DNA from: an uncultured Chthoniobacterales bacterium
GTDB taxonomy: Bacteria > Verrucomicrobiota > Verrucomicrobiia > Chthoniobacterales > JAFAMB01
NCBI GenBank assembly: GCA_964252355.1
Contig: CAXUNV010000003.1
Span: 1 to 42,392, forward strand
DNA length: 42,392 bases
Direction: 5' to 3'
The notes under the pieces were generated by a model. The model was given only the letters and a program-made list of their open reading frames with translations, was not told where the DNA came from and ran no database searches. Shown piece after piece: positions 17,421-26,831 of this stretch (positions are counted from its first letter, which is position 1; every line of letters starts with the position of its first letter). The position numbers and the translations under genes are program-made.

Positions 17421-18614
17421 TTAGGCAGCCACGGGCGCTGCGGCGACATCCGATCCTGAAGTCGCTTTTCTCGAACTGAAAACGTCGTCCAGGGCGTCCA
17501 CCACCGACCGCTGTGCTTCGGGGCCGAGCTCGTGATAGAGCGGCAGCAGGATGCACTCATCCTGCGCGCGCTCACTCTCGGCCAGAGGCGCTGCCAAGCG
17601 CCAAGGTTCCTTGCCGTAAGCTGGCTCCCGGTGGGCGCACATGATCCCGCGCCGGGTGGCGATCCCCCGATCCAGCAACGCCTGCATGACCTCGCGCTGG
17701 GCGACGCCGTCCGGCAGGCGGAGGCAATAACTCTGCCAATTGGTGCGCGCCCAAGCGGGCTCAGCCGGCGGCTGCAGCCCAGGGATGTCGCTCAGGGCGC
17801 CTCCGTAAGCGGCAGCCAACGCCCGCCGGCGCGCCACCAGTTCGGGCAGGCGCTTCAACTGCTCCCGCCCCATGGCCGCCTGCACATCCGTCATCCGGTA
17901 GTTGAAGCCGAGCTCAGGATAGTCCTCAAAGATGACCCGGGGGGACCCGTGCCGCACGGTGTCGGGCACCGACATGCCGTGCTGACGCAGGCGACGGAAG
18001 CGCGCATTCCACTCCGCGTGCCTCGTCGTGATCATGCCGCCGTCGCCAGTCGACAAAACCTTTCGCGGATGGAAAGAAAAACAGGCGGCATCCCCGTGGG
18101 GTTTACCGATCCGTTCCCAACGGCCGTTCCAACGGATCTCACTGCCGATGGCGCACGCCGCGTCTTCGATCAGTGGTACCCCGATCCGCTCCGCCATGGG
18201 GACTAGGGCGGCTAGATCGCAAGGCATGCCCATCTGATGCACGCAAAGGATGGCGCGGGTGCGCGGGCTCACCGCCGCCTCGAGCGTTGCCGGATCCAGG
18301 TTGTAGGTGTCAGGCTGGATGTCGACGAACACGGGGGTCGCCCCGCAGTACCGGATGCTGTTGGCGGTGGCGATGTAGGAATGGCTGGCCGTGATCACTT
18401 CGTCACCCGGACCGACCCCGGCGACGTGTAGGGCCAAGTGCAACGCCGTCGTGCAGTTGGAGACCGCGCACGCGTGCGAGGCGCCCACAGCGGCCGCGAA
18501 CTCTTCCTCGAAGGCCGCGACCTCGGGGCCTTGGGTGACCCAGCCGGAAAGGATCGCACGCCGGGCGGCGTCCGCCTCGGCCTCGCCGAGCACGGGTTTG
18601 CTGATCGGGATCAT
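17421..18614 (-). CDS. DegT/DnrJ/EryC1/StrS-family PLP-dependent sugar aminotransferase
   Basis: MIPISKPVLGEAE...SGWVTQGPEV..FE..FA, NCTTALHLAL, and FSFHPRKVLSTGDGGM (PLP lysine). Confidence 0.85.
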   Translation of the reverse strand: MIPISKPVLGEAEADAARRAILSGWVTQGPEVAAFEEEFAAAVGASHACAVSNCTTALHLALHVAGVGPGDEVITASHSYIATANSIRYCGATPVFVDIQPDTYNLDPATLEAAVSPRTRAILCVHQMGMPCDLAALVPMAERIGVPLIEDAACAIGSEIRWNGRWERIGKPHGDAACFSFHPRKVLSTGDGGMITTRHAEWNARFRRLRQHGMSVPDTVRHGSPRVIFEDYPELGFNYRMTDVQAAMGREQLKRLPELVARRRALAAAYGGALSDIPGLQPPAEPAWARTNWQSYCLRLPDGVAQREVMQALLDRGIATRRGIMCAHREPAYGKEPWRLAAPLAESERAQDECILLPLYHELGPEAQRSVVDALDDVFSSRKATSGSDVAAAPVAA

Positions 18615-19654
18615 CGGCTCACGCTCCCCTCGCCTGCACCCACCCCGACCGCCACGGCGGCAGCCCCGCCGCCGGCACCCGCCCCCGCGTTGGCAGCCCC
18701 GGCGAAAGTCTCGTGACGGTACCAGTCCACCAACTGGCGGAGACCCTCGTTCAGGTCGACTTCGGTACGAAACCCGAGGAGCCGTTCCGCTTTGCTGATG
18801 TCGGCCAAGCGGCGCGGCACCGGGTTGACCTTGCGGGCCGGCCCAAACTCGGGCGGAAGGTTGACGCCCATGACTTCACCCAGGGCGCGCGCCAAATCGG
18901 CCAAGCTCGTTTCGGTTCCGCTGGCGATGTTGAAAACCTCGTCCGTACACGACGAGTAGGCGGCCACGACGTTGGCGCGGGCCACGTCCGTGACGAAGAC
19001 GAAATCCATGGTTTGCGTGCCATCGCCCAAGATGACGCACGGTTTACCCTCCGAGAGGCGTTCCATCCAACGGATCAGCACTTCGGTGTAAGCGCCGGTC
19101 GCGTCCATACGCGGGCCGTACACGTTGAAGTAACGGAGCGCGACGAAATCCAGGCCGTACATCGAGTGGAAGCTGTGGAGAAGGCCCTCGTTGAAGAGCT
19201 TGGCCGCGCCGTAGACCGTCCGGTTGTCATAGCCGTGGTGGGTCTCCGGGGTCGGAAACTCCTCGGCTAGGCCGTAGATCGACGCGGAAGAAGCGGCAAC
19301 CACTTTGCGCACCTTGGCGGCAACGGCCGCCTCGAGCACGTTGAAGGTACCCATCGCCAAGACCTCCATGGCCAAGCGGGGGTCTTCAGCGCATTGGGTG
19401 ATGCGGATGGCCGCTTGATGAAACACGAGGTCCACGCCCTCCATCGACCGTTGCAAGAGGGCAACGTCTCGGATGTCGCCCTCGACCAACGTGACCCGTC
19501 CGGACGTTTCCGCCGCGGCGAGGTTATCGCGCTGCCCGCGCGTGAAGTTGTCGAGGACGACGATCTCGTCCAACCCTTTGGCCACCAATTGGTCGACGAT
19601 GTGCGACCCGATCAGCCCGGCGCCGCCCGTCACCAATGCTCGTTTGTACGTCAT
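18611..19654 (-). CDS. NAD-dependent epimerase/dehydratase (extended SDR) with Gly/Ala-rich C-terminal tail
   Basis: The ATG at 19654 gives MTYKRALVTGGAGLIGSH. The SDR catalytic YGAAK motif and RYFNVYGPR are present. The protein ends in AGAANAGAGAGGGAAAVAVGVGAGEGSVSR. There is an ATGA overlap with the downstream aminotransferase start. Confidence 0.8.
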   Translation of the reverse strand: MTYKRALVTGGAGLIGSHIVDQLVAKGLDEIVVLDNFTRGQRDNLAAAETSGRVTLVEGDIRDVALLQRSMEGVDLVFHQAAIRITQCAEDPRLAMEVLAMGTFNVLEAAVAAKVRKVVAASSASIYGLAEEFPTPETHHGYDNRTVYGAAKLFNEGLLHSFHSMYGLDFVALRYFNVYGPRMDATGAYTEVLIRWMERLSEGKPCVILGDGTQTMDFVFVTDVARANVVAAYSSCTDEVFNIASGTETSLADLARALGEVMGVNLPPEFGPARKVNPVPRRLADISKAERLLGFRTEVDLNEGLRQLVDWYRHETFAGAANAGAGAGGGAAAVAVGVGAGEGSVSR

Positions 19655-20355
19655 GAATTCGGTTGTTCTATGGGAGAATCTTGGCGCCAGCGCAGGAATT
19701 TCGCCGGCGCGCCGACCACGATGGAAAACGGCGCGACGTCGCGGGTGACCACGGCCCCAGCGCCGACGATGGCGCCTTTGCCGACGGTGACGCCGGGCAA
19801 AAGGATCGCCCCGGTGCCGACGTCGGCCCAATCTTCCACCCGCACGGGGAGAATTTGCAACTCAGTCTGGATGACGGGGATATCGCCTGGATAGCCGGTG
19901 TGCGTCGAGCCTAAAACCTTCGCACCGGGTCCCCAGCCGACGTAATCGCCTAAGGAGAGGTTCCGCGCGTCAAAATAGGCCTGGGGCCCGATCCAGACGT
20001 GGCGCCCGATGGTGAACCGGCCGTCGAAGCGGCCCTGGAGGTAGGCGTGGTCGCCAATGAAGACGCCGTCGCCAACGTCAAAGGTTTCAAGGTGTTTGAA
20101 GCCGACGTTGGTCCCCACCCGAACGCCGTGGCCAAAGCTCCGGGCCATGGCTCGCCAGAGCACTCGGCGCATGAGGGCGTCGAGTTCGCCGTCCCCACCC
20201 GCGAAACGGCCGTACTGTTCCCGGAGAGCACTAGGTGGGTAGGTTTTCGAGAGATGCATGGCCAGATCGATCTCGAAGGCCGGATCGGGCAGGACTTCTC
20301 GGGTACCGTGAACGGCGGGCACGACACGCTCAACGGATGCAGGTGCGATTGACAT
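19651..20355 (-). CDS. Left-handed beta-helix (hexapeptide-repeat) acyl/acetyltransferase
   Basis: Hexapeptide repeats run through GDGVFIGDHAYL...IGRHVWIGPQAYF...VEDWADVGTGAILLPGVTVGKGAIVGAGAVVTRDV. The ATG at 20355 is preferred over the TTG at 20367. There is an ATGA overlap with the epimerase start. Confidence 0.75.
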   Translation of the reverse strand: MSIAPASVERVVPAVHGTREVLPDPAFEIDLAMHLSKTYPPSALREQYGRFAGGDGELDALMRRVLWRAMARSFGHGVRVGTNVGFKHLETFDVGDGVFIGDHAYLQGRFDGRFTIGRHVWIGPQAYFDARNLSLGDYVGWGPGAKVLGSTHTGYPGDIPVIQTELQILPVRVEDWADVGTGAILLPGVTVGKGAIVGAGAVVTRDVAPFSIVVGAPAKFLRWRQDSPIEQPNS

Positions 20356-20457
20356 GCGGGGATACAACGAGCATTTACCGAAAGCAGGTCGGCCAAAGCG
20401 GGCGGGTTTGGAGAGACGAACGGGAAGAACTTGTCATGAATTTAGGAACAAAGGGTT

Positions 20458-21756
20458 TCAAATAGGACCGGAACACGCCATGTTCCCACGCCGAGCCCTA
20501 AGCCAAGCTTTGGCAACGTCCTTCAGGCGGAAGAGGCCGCCCCGTCCCAAGCGTGCGAGTCGACGCTTCGGACTCGGGTTGACGAGCGCACGGTACTGCG
20601 TCGAAAGTTCACCATCCAAGCGGTCGTGCGGCATTAGACGCGTTCCGGCTGCCTCGTCGGCAACCGTTAGAAGTGGGGGATAAGGTGAGCCGAAAGCCTT
20701 TTCGACCGCGGTTTGGTGGGCGTCGCGGCCAAGGAGTTCCCACCGACCACGAGCTGCCCACGCACGCTCCAGGGCATCCTTCACCAACCCAAGATCTGCA
20801 GCTTCGGCGAGGATGCCATTCCGCGCGTCCTCAATCCACTCGGCGTTCCCACCGACGCGCGTGACGACCGCGGGCCGGCCGCAAAGCATGGCCTCGACCA
20901 ACGCAAGCGGTATTCCCTCCGCCCGAGAAGTTAGGACCAGGACCTGTTCCCGCGCCCAAATGCTTCGGACATCCTGCACATGCCCCTCAAAGCTAACCTT
21001 TGACTCTAAACCGAGAAGTTTGACTAGCGCGCGGAAATATCCTTCATCCGGGCCGGCCCCGTAAAGACTCAGATGCCAATCGCGTTCCGTCCAAGCGCTC
21101 GAACCCAGTGCTTCAAGCAAGAGATCTTGACCCTTGAATTGGGCATCGAGCCGAGCAACGCAAGCAAAACGGGCGGTGGCGGACTCAGGCCAAGTTACGT
21201 AAGACGAATCCGAAAGGTTGACCGGGTTTCGTACTAAATCCGCATTCGGAAGTCTGTAGGCCATCTGCTTTTCGGCCGCCAAGCGGTTGTGGTCAGAGAC
21301 AAACAGCACCCGAAACGCCCGGGAGAAAAGCCTGATCGCCAAGCGCCGGGAGGACTCGTCGGGCAGGCAGGGAACGCCATCATTGAATTGGCATATCATG
21401 ATGAAGGGAACCGGCGTGAGCAGGAGCAGTTCGGCAAGGTCTGGTTCGTCCAAAACATCGAAGCTGTTACCCTGGCTGACGATCAGGACGTCAGGGTCAG
21501 TTTGGAGAAGTTGCGCATAGCTCGAGCCTCGGCAGGCTAACGCGCGCCGCCATCCGGCTCGGAAATGATACCTCTGAAGGACGGTCGCACCCCTACGTTG
21601 GACGGCCTCCAGCTTTGGCCGTCTCTGAGGCCAATCCGGCACGGAGAGCGTCACCTCGTCGCCGCGTTCCAGAAATTGGAGGGCGGTCGCGACCCAAAGC
21701 TCCTCGCTTCCTCCCCAGGGAACTAATCCCATGGTTGAAATAATACCCGCTCGCAT
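20458..21756 (-). CDS. Glycosyltransferase family 4 (GT-B fold)
   Basis: WGGSEELW at the N-terminus, and the C-terminal EGIPLALVEAMLCGRPAVVTRVGGNAEWI (E-x7-E motif). Confidence 0.75.
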   Translation of the reverse strand: MRAGIISTMGLVPWGGSEELWVATALQFLERGDEVTLSVPDWPQRRPKLEAVQRRGATVLQRYHFRAGWRRALACRGSSYAQLLQTDPDVLIVSQGNSFDVLDEPDLAELLLLTPVPFIMICQFNDGVPCLPDESSRRLAIRLFSRAFRVLFVSDHNRLAAEKQMAYRLPNADLVRNPVNLSDSSYVTWPESATARFACVARLDAQFKGQDLLLEALGSSAWTERDWHLSLYGAGPDEGYFRALVKLLGLESKVSFEGHVQDVRSIWAREQVLVLTSRAEGIPLALVEAMLCGRPAVVTRVGGNAEWIEDARNGILAEAADLGLVKDALERAWAARGRWELLGRDAHQTAVEKAFGSPYPPLLTVADEAAGTRLMPHDRLDGELSTQYRALVNPSPKRRLARLGRGGLFRLKDVAKAWLRARRGNMACSGPI

Positions 21757-21777
21757 ATCGCTAAAGAAACTAGGACG

Positions 21778-23001
21778 TCAATGGTCGGCGCCCATGAGCT
21801 CAGACGGCTGACCGGGAGCTTTCGCGCAGTTTTCATGACTCTGCGAGGCAACGCTGGCGCCCTCGGCGCAAAATGCGCGGAACTTTTCAGCGTTGCGCGG
21901 TCGCCTGGTTTTCGCCCTTCTCCATATGGCACGCACCTGGACATCAGCTGGCCCGCAGAAGAGTAGCAGAAGCTTTGCCACCGTTTTCGGCATCCGGGGG
22001 TCGAGACTTAGGGCCGTGACGTAATGCCGTCTGGCGGCGGCTTTTTCGCCGGCGGCGCGGTAGCGGTCAGCAACCTTGGCATGAAGGCGGGCGCGAACCC
22101 ACCTTGCTTCGCGCACATCCGACGTCTGCTGGCAAACCCACGCGTCGAGTTGTTGCAGGGACCAAGCGGCCGTAGAGCCCTCGTACAGCTTCCCGATCGC
22201 CGCCCGCGCGTAGAAATCTGCAGCTGCGAGCAGGCACGCTCTAGCGACGTGAGGAAGCCCGGCTTCCTTCGCCTTACGTCGGACGGCCAGAGGAATCGCC
22301 ACGGCTTCCTGTCTGCATTGCTCCACCTCACCGGCCATAAGGATGTTCGTCATGCTCAGGCCATGCTGGCGGTAGCAGACCATCGGTTCCGCGAAGTAGC
22401 CGACGTCGTGATGCAGGGCGAAGACGCACCAGAGATACCAATCGCCGGCCCACGGCATGTCTAAAGGAAAGCAGTCGATGGTTTCGTAGCAAGCCCGACG
22501 AGCCATCCCGCTGGCGGCGACGATGGTGTTTTGGAAAAGCAGCCGTTTCAGGAGTTCGCGCCCTGGGATAATTCGGTCAACTTCCCCATGAACGGCACAC
22601 CAATCGACGACGCCTTCCTCTACGCCGTCACGCACGCTCACGGCAGGGCAAAATACGTAACCAACGTTAGGAGCTCGCTCGAGGAGCTGAACATAACGGT
22701 CAAGCACGTGACGCGTTCGCAGGTAATCGTCGGCGGAGATGAGCCAGATGTACTTGCCCCGACTCAGCTCGATGCCTCGGTTGTAGTTGCGAAGGTGACC
22801 AAGGTTGACCTCGTTTCGAACATGGCGGATGCGGGGATCGCGGAATGAGCGCGCGACGTCCGCCGTGTGGTCCGGCGATTGGTCGTCCATAACGAGCAAC
22901 TCCCAATCTTGGTACGTTTGATCCAGGACGGACCGGATGCATTGGCCGAGTAAATGCGCCAAGCGATAACAGGGCACGACGAAGCTGACCGTCGGCGTCA
23001 T
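21778..23001 (-). CDS. Glycosyltransferase family 2 with C-terminal TPR-like region
   Basis: VSFVVPCYRLAHLLGQCIRSVLDQTYQDWELLVMDDQSPD and ISADDYL (DxD). The C-terminal AGEKAAARRHYVTALSLDPRMPKT is TPR-like. Confidence 0.8.
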   Translation of the reverse strand: MTPTVSFVVPCYRLAHLLGQCIRSVLDQTYQDWELLVMDDQSPDHTADVARSFRDPRIRHVRNEVNLGHLRNYNRGIELSRGKYIWLISADDYLRTRHVLDRYVQLLERAPNVGYVFCPAVSVRDGVEEGVVDWCAVHGEVDRIIPGRELLKRLLFQNTIVAASGMARRACYETIDCFPLDMPWAGDWYLWCVFALHHDVGYFAEPMVCYRQHGLSMTNILMAGEVEQCRQEAVAIPLAVRRKAKEAGLPHVARACLLAAADFYARAAIGKLYEGSTAAWSLQQLDAWVCQQTSDVREARWVRARLHAKVADRYRAAGEKAAARRHYVTALSLDPRMPKTVAKLLLLFCGPADVQVRAIWRRAKTRRPRNAEKFRAFCAEGASVASQSHENCAKAPGQPSELMGADH

Positions 23002-24344
23002 GGCAGCGGCTCCGGTTCCAGCGCCATGGGCACGGGTAAACTGAAAACATCGACGGCAGGCGGTTCACCGTCGAAGCGCCAGCGGTTTTGCACAAGAAAA
23101 AGCCCCCGCGTGGGCATCACCCCGGTGCCGTAGTAGTCCGACCGAACGAGGGAGAGGCGGGTGGCGTCCTCGACCCAGTCCGCTTCACCGCTGGCGATGT
23201 AGAGTCCCACGTGCAGCTTGTATTCGCCGGGAACCAACGGCAGTGCCGGGATGTCGCAGCGAAACGTCTGAAGTCCGACCCGTTCCGTGTGAGTTCGATC
23301 GGGCTCGTAGGCCGAATGCGCCGTGCAAACGCGCTGACCATGCAGGGTTTCAAAGGCCAACTCGACGTCCACGCTTTGGCAACGGGCCGGAAGGTCGAAG
23401 TGGACGGTGGCGGTCAGGCCGGCCCCGGCCGGCAACGCGCCGTAGAGCGGTTCGCCCTCGACGTCCAGGAGTTCCAAACGCCGCAGCAGCGGGCGTTGTT
23501 TGGGAGAGCGCCGCGGGGCCGCACCAAGGTCTACAACCGCTTCGGCCTGCACCTCCCCACTTGCGCGGAGGCTTTCCAGATAGAAGCGCACGGCGCCCCG
23601 CGACGGACCGTCGAAGACCACCCGGCCGTGATCCAGGACGATGCCGCGGGTGCAGAGCCCCTCCACGGCGGCCAAGTTGTGGGAGACGAAGAGCACCGTC
23701 TTGGAACGCGCGCAGGCCTCGGCCATCTTGCCCAAACACTTTTTTTGGAAAGCGACGTCACCGACGGCGAGCACCTCGTCCACCACCAAGATTTCCGGGT
23801 CCAAGTGCGCCGCCACTGAAAAGGCGAGGCGTACGTACATCCCGCTCGAGTAGCGTTTGACGGGTGTGTCGAGAAAATCCTCCACCCCGGCGAAACTGAC
23901 GATCTCGTCGAATTTGGCGGCCACTTCGGCACGGCGCATCCCGAGAATGATGCCGTTGAGGAAGATGTTTTCCCGCCCGGTGAGTTCTGGGTGAAACCCG
24001 GTGCCGACCTCAAGCAGGCTCCCCATCCGGCCGCGCACGCGGATCTCTCCGTCGGTCGGGTCGGTGATCCGCGACGCAATCTTCAGCAGCGTGCTTTTGC
24101 CCGCGCCGTTTGAGCCAATGATTGCCACCGTCTCGCCTTCATCGACCGAAAAGCTCACGTCCTTAAGCGCCCAGAACGAGTGGCCGGCGCTCGCAGGTTC
24201 ACGACGACGGGTGTCCGGGCCGCCCAGGCGACAGAGTCGGCGGAAGCTCCCGGCAAGGTCCTCGCGCAAGCTGCCGTAGCCGCCGCTTCGCTCCCCGAGC
24301 GCGTAACGTTTGGAAAGATTGCAAACTTCGATCGCAGGTTTCAT
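22998..24344 (-). CDS. wzt: Polysaccharide/O-antigen ABC exporter ATP-binding protein (Wzt/TagH-like) with C-terminal extension domain
   Basis: Walker A GSNGAGKSTLLK, signature YSSGMYVRLAFS and Walker B ILVVDEVLAVGD. About 190 extra C-terminal residues are beta-rich (TATVHFDLP...YKLHVGLY...), in the position of the Wzt carbohydrate-binding domain. There is an ATGA overlap with the downstream GT2. Confidence 0.85.
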   Translation of the reverse strand: MKPAIEVCNLSKRYALGERSGGYGSLREDLAGSFRRLCRLGGPDTRRREPASAGHSFWALKDVSFSVDEGETVAIIGSNGAGKSTLLKIASRITDPTDGEIRVRGRMGSLLEVGTGFHPELTGRENIFLNGIILGMRRAEVAAKFDEIVSFAGVEDFLDTPVKRYSSGMYVRLAFSVAAHLDPEILVVDEVLAVGDVAFQKKCLGKMAEACARSKTVLFVSHNLAAVEGLCTRGIVLDHGRVVFDGPSRGAVRFYLESLRASGEVQAEAVVDLGAAPRRSPKQRPLLRRLELLDVEGEPLYGALPAGAGLTATVHFDLPARCQSVDVELAFETLHGQRVCTAHSAYEPDRTHTERVGLQTFRCDIPALPLVPGEYKLHVGLYIASGEADWVEDATRLSLVRSDYYGTGVMPTRGLFLVQNRWRFDGEPPAVDVFSLPVPMALEPEPLP

Positions 24345-24378
24345 CAGAAAAATTAGGCGGGAAGGGTGAGACTGGTCG

Positions 24379-25203
24379 TCAAATCACGTCGGCGAAAGTT
24401 CGTTCCATGCGCCGGAAAAAGTATACCCCGCCCACGAAGAGCGCCGCACTCATACCGACGGAGACGCCGATCAAGGCCCACGGCGCGGGCGTCCCGAGTA
24501 GAGCGTGCCGGAAACCTTCAACCATCCCGGCCATGGGGTTCAACGCCAGCACAGCGGCGAAGCTTGGGGGCACCAAGCTGATCGGGAAGGCAATCGGGGT
24601 GACGAAGAAAGCCATTTGGATCATGAAAGGGACCACGTAGCGGACATCTCGGTACTTCACATTGCAGGCGGAGAGAAAGAGGCTGAGGCCGCCCGCGGCG
24701 AGCAAGCTGCCGGCGACAAACAACGGCAACAGGAAGACGGCCGGGGTGATGGCCCACCGGAAAACGGCGAGGAGCACGGCGATCAGGAGCAAGCCGATGA
24801 CGAGGTCAATCGTCAGAGCGAGCACTGTGCCCAGAGGAATCAGAAGGCGTGGAAAATAGGTTTTACTGATCAATTTTTCGTTGCCCACGAGGCTGGCGCT
24901 GCCAAGCCCGAGCGCGTTGGCGAAAAAAGTCCACGGAATGAGTCCCGCACAGACGAAAAGCACGTAGGGACAACCGACCTCCTTAGCCGGCACCACGCGA
25001 GAAAAGGCGGCCGCTAAAATGATGGTGCCCACGAGCGGCTGGAGCAGCGCCCAAAGCCCGCCTAGCAAGGTCTGCTTGTAACGCACCTGGATGTCGCGCC
25101 ACGCCAAAAACAACAAGAGCTCGCGATAGCGCCAGAGTTCGCCAACGTCGGCAGGCTGCCAACCGCGACGGGCCTTGATGACCAATTCAACGTTTGCTGA
25201 CAT
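24379..25203 (-). CDS. wzm: ABC-2 type polysaccharide exporter permease (Wzm/TagG-like)
   Basis: The ATG at 25203 gives MSANVELVIKARRGW...WRYRELLLFLAWRDIQVRYKQTLLGGLWALLQP, the canonical ABC-2 N-terminal motif. About 6 TM segments follow. Confidence 0.85.
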   Translation of the reverse strand: MSANVELVIKARRGWQPADVGELWRYRELLLFLAWRDIQVRYKQTLLGGLWALLQPLVGTIILAAAFSRVVPAKEVGCPYVLFVCAGLIPWTFFANALGLGSASLVGNEKLISKTYFPRLLIPLGTVLALTIDLVIGLLLIAVLLAVFRWAITPAVFLLPLFVAGSLLAAGGLSLFLSACNVKYRDVRYVVPFMIQMAFFVTPIAFPISLVPPSFAAVLALNPMAGMVEGFRHALLGTPAPWALIGVSVGMSAALFVGGVYFFRRMERTFADVI

Positions 25204-25760
25204 GTCGGTTTGAAAACGAAAACGCGCTGAGGAAATCATAAGCTAAATCTGCACTGACGGTAGGTTGCGCGTGCGGGGGAGCACAACCCTGACCAACACC
25301 CACGCCCATTACCCGCGCGAACTGGGTTCCTGATCCGGACAGAGCGCGCAGGCTGCGATTAAAAGACAACACGTTGCGAGCCGGGGACCGCGGGTGGGGT
25401 CGTTGCCAGGCCAACGCTGGGTCGAAGCAACCGCGGGTAAACCCTGCCCACTTGGCTTCAACAAAGTATCGCCATGGTGTTGGACGTGCCGTTCGTAGGG
25501 ATGCAAGGAAAAGCCCGGCACGTTTGGGGCCGCTTGTCGGGAGGCGCTGTTAGTCAGCTTCTACTTCCGTCTGTTCCACGGCAAACCTTGCTGCTGAAAA
25601 GAACCCAAGATACTCAGGAGATATCCCCGACGGAAATCGTGTGTGCAGATTACGGCGGCCGGCAATGGCTTGGCCAAACAACCTTGGGTTGATCCAGATG
25701 CTAGGCGATTACTGGGTCCAATAAGGTGCGTGAGCTTATTTACTTGCAAAGGAAGAGGGG

Positions 25761-26666
25761 TTAAACAGCGCTCGTGGCGAGACGCCGTCGCCGAAATGAG
25801 AGCAGCCATCGCGCCCATGCCCGGATATGGGCAGGATTTCCCGCCAGCGCCCGCGCAAAACATCGTTGGCTTAAGCGGTACTTAGCCAAGACGCGAAGCG
25901 CGACGCCCAAATGGTAAAAGACGTCTGCTTCAACGCCCTTCGGCAAATCCCCAAAGGTGAGCAGTAAACGTCGAAACACCTTTACTCGGTTGACAATGTA
26001 GCTTCGGCGTTTTGTCAAGGAGGTACTTCCGGGGTGCACCCGGTATTTAGCCAGCGGTTCGTGCGTGTAGACAAACGTGTGCCGGTGGGAAAGCGAAAGC
26101 CAAAACCACCAGTCTTCCACCCATCTGATGTTTTCGTCGAACCCGCGGACATCCCTTAAAGAGGCACGACGGACAAGTCCAGTTTGCATGTTGATGAAGT
26201 TGCGGGTGCAGAGGTGACGAAAAAGGTTTCCCGAGCCTTGTTCTGGAACCGGGAAACTCTGGCTGAAAAGGCGACCTGTTGGATTCCCGTGCTCGTCGAT
26301 GATCTCAGCATCGGAAAACGCGATGTCGCAATCCGGGCGCAGACGCAACAGCTGCATCTGCCGCTCGAGTTTACGTGGGTACCAAACATCATCGGCATCG
26401 CAGAAAGCCACAAATTCGCCGAGTGCGGATTGGAGGCCGTCGTTCCGCGATCGTGAAGCACCGAGGTTGCTTTCGTGTGAAACTACGCGAACGCGACCAT
26501 CCGCCTGCGCCAACTTAGCGAGGACCTCGCGCGATGAATCGCGGGATCCGTCGTCGATTACAATCAATTCTAGGTCGCCTTCTGACTGCGCCAAAACCGC
26601 CTTCACCGATTCCGTGACGTATTGCCCGTGATTGTGGCACGGCATGATGACGCTAACGCGGGGCAT
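25761..26666 (-). CDS. Glycosyltransferase family 2 with short TPR-like C-terminus
   Basis: VSVIMPCHNHGQYVTESVKAVLAQSEGDLELIVIDDGSRD, and FCDADDVW (DxD). Confidence 0.8.
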   Translation of the reverse strand: MPRVSVIMPCHNHGQYVTESVKAVLAQSEGDLELIVIDDGSRDSSREVLAKLAQADGRVRVVSHESNLGASRSRNDGLQSALGEFVAFCDADDVWYPRKLERQMQLLRLRPDCDIAFSDAEIIDEHGNPTGRLFSQSFPVPEQGSGNLFRHLCTRNFINMQTGLVRRASLRDVRGFDENIRWVEDWWFWLSLSHRHTFVYTHEPLAKYRVHPGSTSLTKRRSYIVNRVKVFRRLLLTFGDLPKGVEADVFYHLGVALRVLAKYRLSQRCFARALAGNPAHIRAWARWLLSFRRRRLATSAV

Positions 26667-26831
26667 GTGCGAGTTCGGATAGCTCTGGGAAGAAAATCGA
26701 TGGGTAGCAGGCGCAAGCAGGCGCTTTGGCGGCCAGCCTGTCTAAAAAACGAGGCGGACGCAAGCGAGCAGGCCGCCGACTCCCGCCGGATTGAGTTTGG
26801 GCAAATCGGCGCGGCTGCCACTATCCTCGCG

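Noticed and set aside
17300-17575. A 92-aa N-terminal extension of the dehydrogenase ORF, overlapping the end of the aminotransferase gene.
   Set aside because: The Rossmann motif follows immediately after the ATG at 17299 (MNTAPRVAVVGLGYVG). The extension overlaps a well-supported gene and looks non-protein-like.
22368-22375. An exact GGCGGTAG (enterobacterial ops/JUMPstart core) match.
   Set aside because: It lies on the plus strand inside a minus-strand GT2 coding sequence, not in a leader. A chance 8-mer is expected in 42 kb of GC-rich DNA.
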